A stretch of DNA of 64,000 nucleotides from Ophelia neglecta (lineage: Eukaryota), in NCBI GenBank assembly GCA_965285935.1, contig OZ260667.1, positions 22,630,001-22,694,000 on the forward strand, given 5' to 3'. Within the stretch, counting starts at the first letter, position 1, and every line of letters starts with the position of its first letter. Both the position numbers and the translations under genes were made by a program. Under the pieces are notes generated by a model that saw only the letters and a program-made list of their open reading frames with translations, ran no database searches and was not told where the DNA came from. This document shows, in pieces, positions 63,539 through 64,000 of this stretch.

Positions 63539-64000
63539 GTGGAGACTGGTGTAGCCTTGATACAGGGTATACGACAATCACAGATGGGCACGGCTTTCCT
63601 CATAGTGTGTACATCAGTGTTAGCCGGGATGGTTCCATCTGGATGAGGTCTGGGGAGGACCACATGGATATGGACTGGATGTACGAGGACGAGCTACGCC
63701 ACAAACTACAGAACAACCTTCTGGAACAGGACACGGTCAACATGCTGGAGTCCATCAATTACACGGACTACTGCGTAGTCACCGACGTGTACATGGCGGT
63801 ACAGGCACGAGGAGGGTGGCATCCATCCTACCTAGTAGCATTTGACCCCAAATTAAAAATAACCACTATACTACTGTTCAGACAAAACAAGGATATAAAA
63901 GAGTGCTATACAAATACAAATTTAACGTTGACTCGCGATAAGCAGGGTGTGTTTTGTAATGGAGGCGGGCGACATGCTTGTGGGGCAAGAAATCTGCCAT
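63539..64000 (+). CDS. Coding exon, open to the window end: uncharacterised protein with a divergent PLAT/LH2-like pattern
   Basis: Acceptor CCTAATTCAG| with upstream T-rich tract; 153 stop-free codons (GDWCSLDTGYTTITDGHGFPHSVYISVSRDG...LLEQDTVNMLE...CVVTDVYMAVQARGGWHPSYLVAFDPK...TTILLF...); strong G/C bias at third positions; 5 Cys and N-glycosylation sequons (NYT, NLT). The coding call is strong; the domain call is inference. Confidence 0.85.

Overview
Eukaryotic, AT-rich genomic DNA (about 38-40% GC by eye), most likely an invertebrate animal judging from the repeat types. The window is almost entirely non-coding. Nearly all ORFs in the supplied track look spurious; the exceptions are LINE-derived (32585-33184 and two short pieces at 27372-27747). 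The only convincing host coding sequence is at the right edge and is missed by the track because it has no stop codon: a spliced + strand gene (exons 63067-63175 and 63539->64000) encoding a Cys-containing, probably extracellular protein with a divergent PLAT/LH2-like motif pattern. Mobile and repeat content: a young 5'-truncated L1/Tx1-type LINE with poly(A) and TSD (32401-33239), a decayed CR1/L2-type RT fragment (~27345-28430), a tRNA-derived SINE (~16633-16810), a TA-flanked Tc1/mariner-pogo-type MITE (18819-18988), two further TIR/foldback elements (26002-26322, 54894-55417), two isolated LINE/SINE 3' tails, a 1.76-kb 29-bp minisatellite with higher-order structure (46028-47792), a decayed ~30-bp minisatellite (36395-37226) and a 158-N gap. 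The remaining ~55 kb is unique sequence with short GC/CpG-richer islands carrying TF-like motifs, consistent with (not proof of) a regulatory gene desert or very large intron. I found no well-supported novel multi-gene system. The best leads are the PLAT-like gene, the hierarchical minisatellite, the unusual LINE 5' junction, and a CpG-rich, possibly spliced minus-strand unit at ~13.9-15.0 kb.
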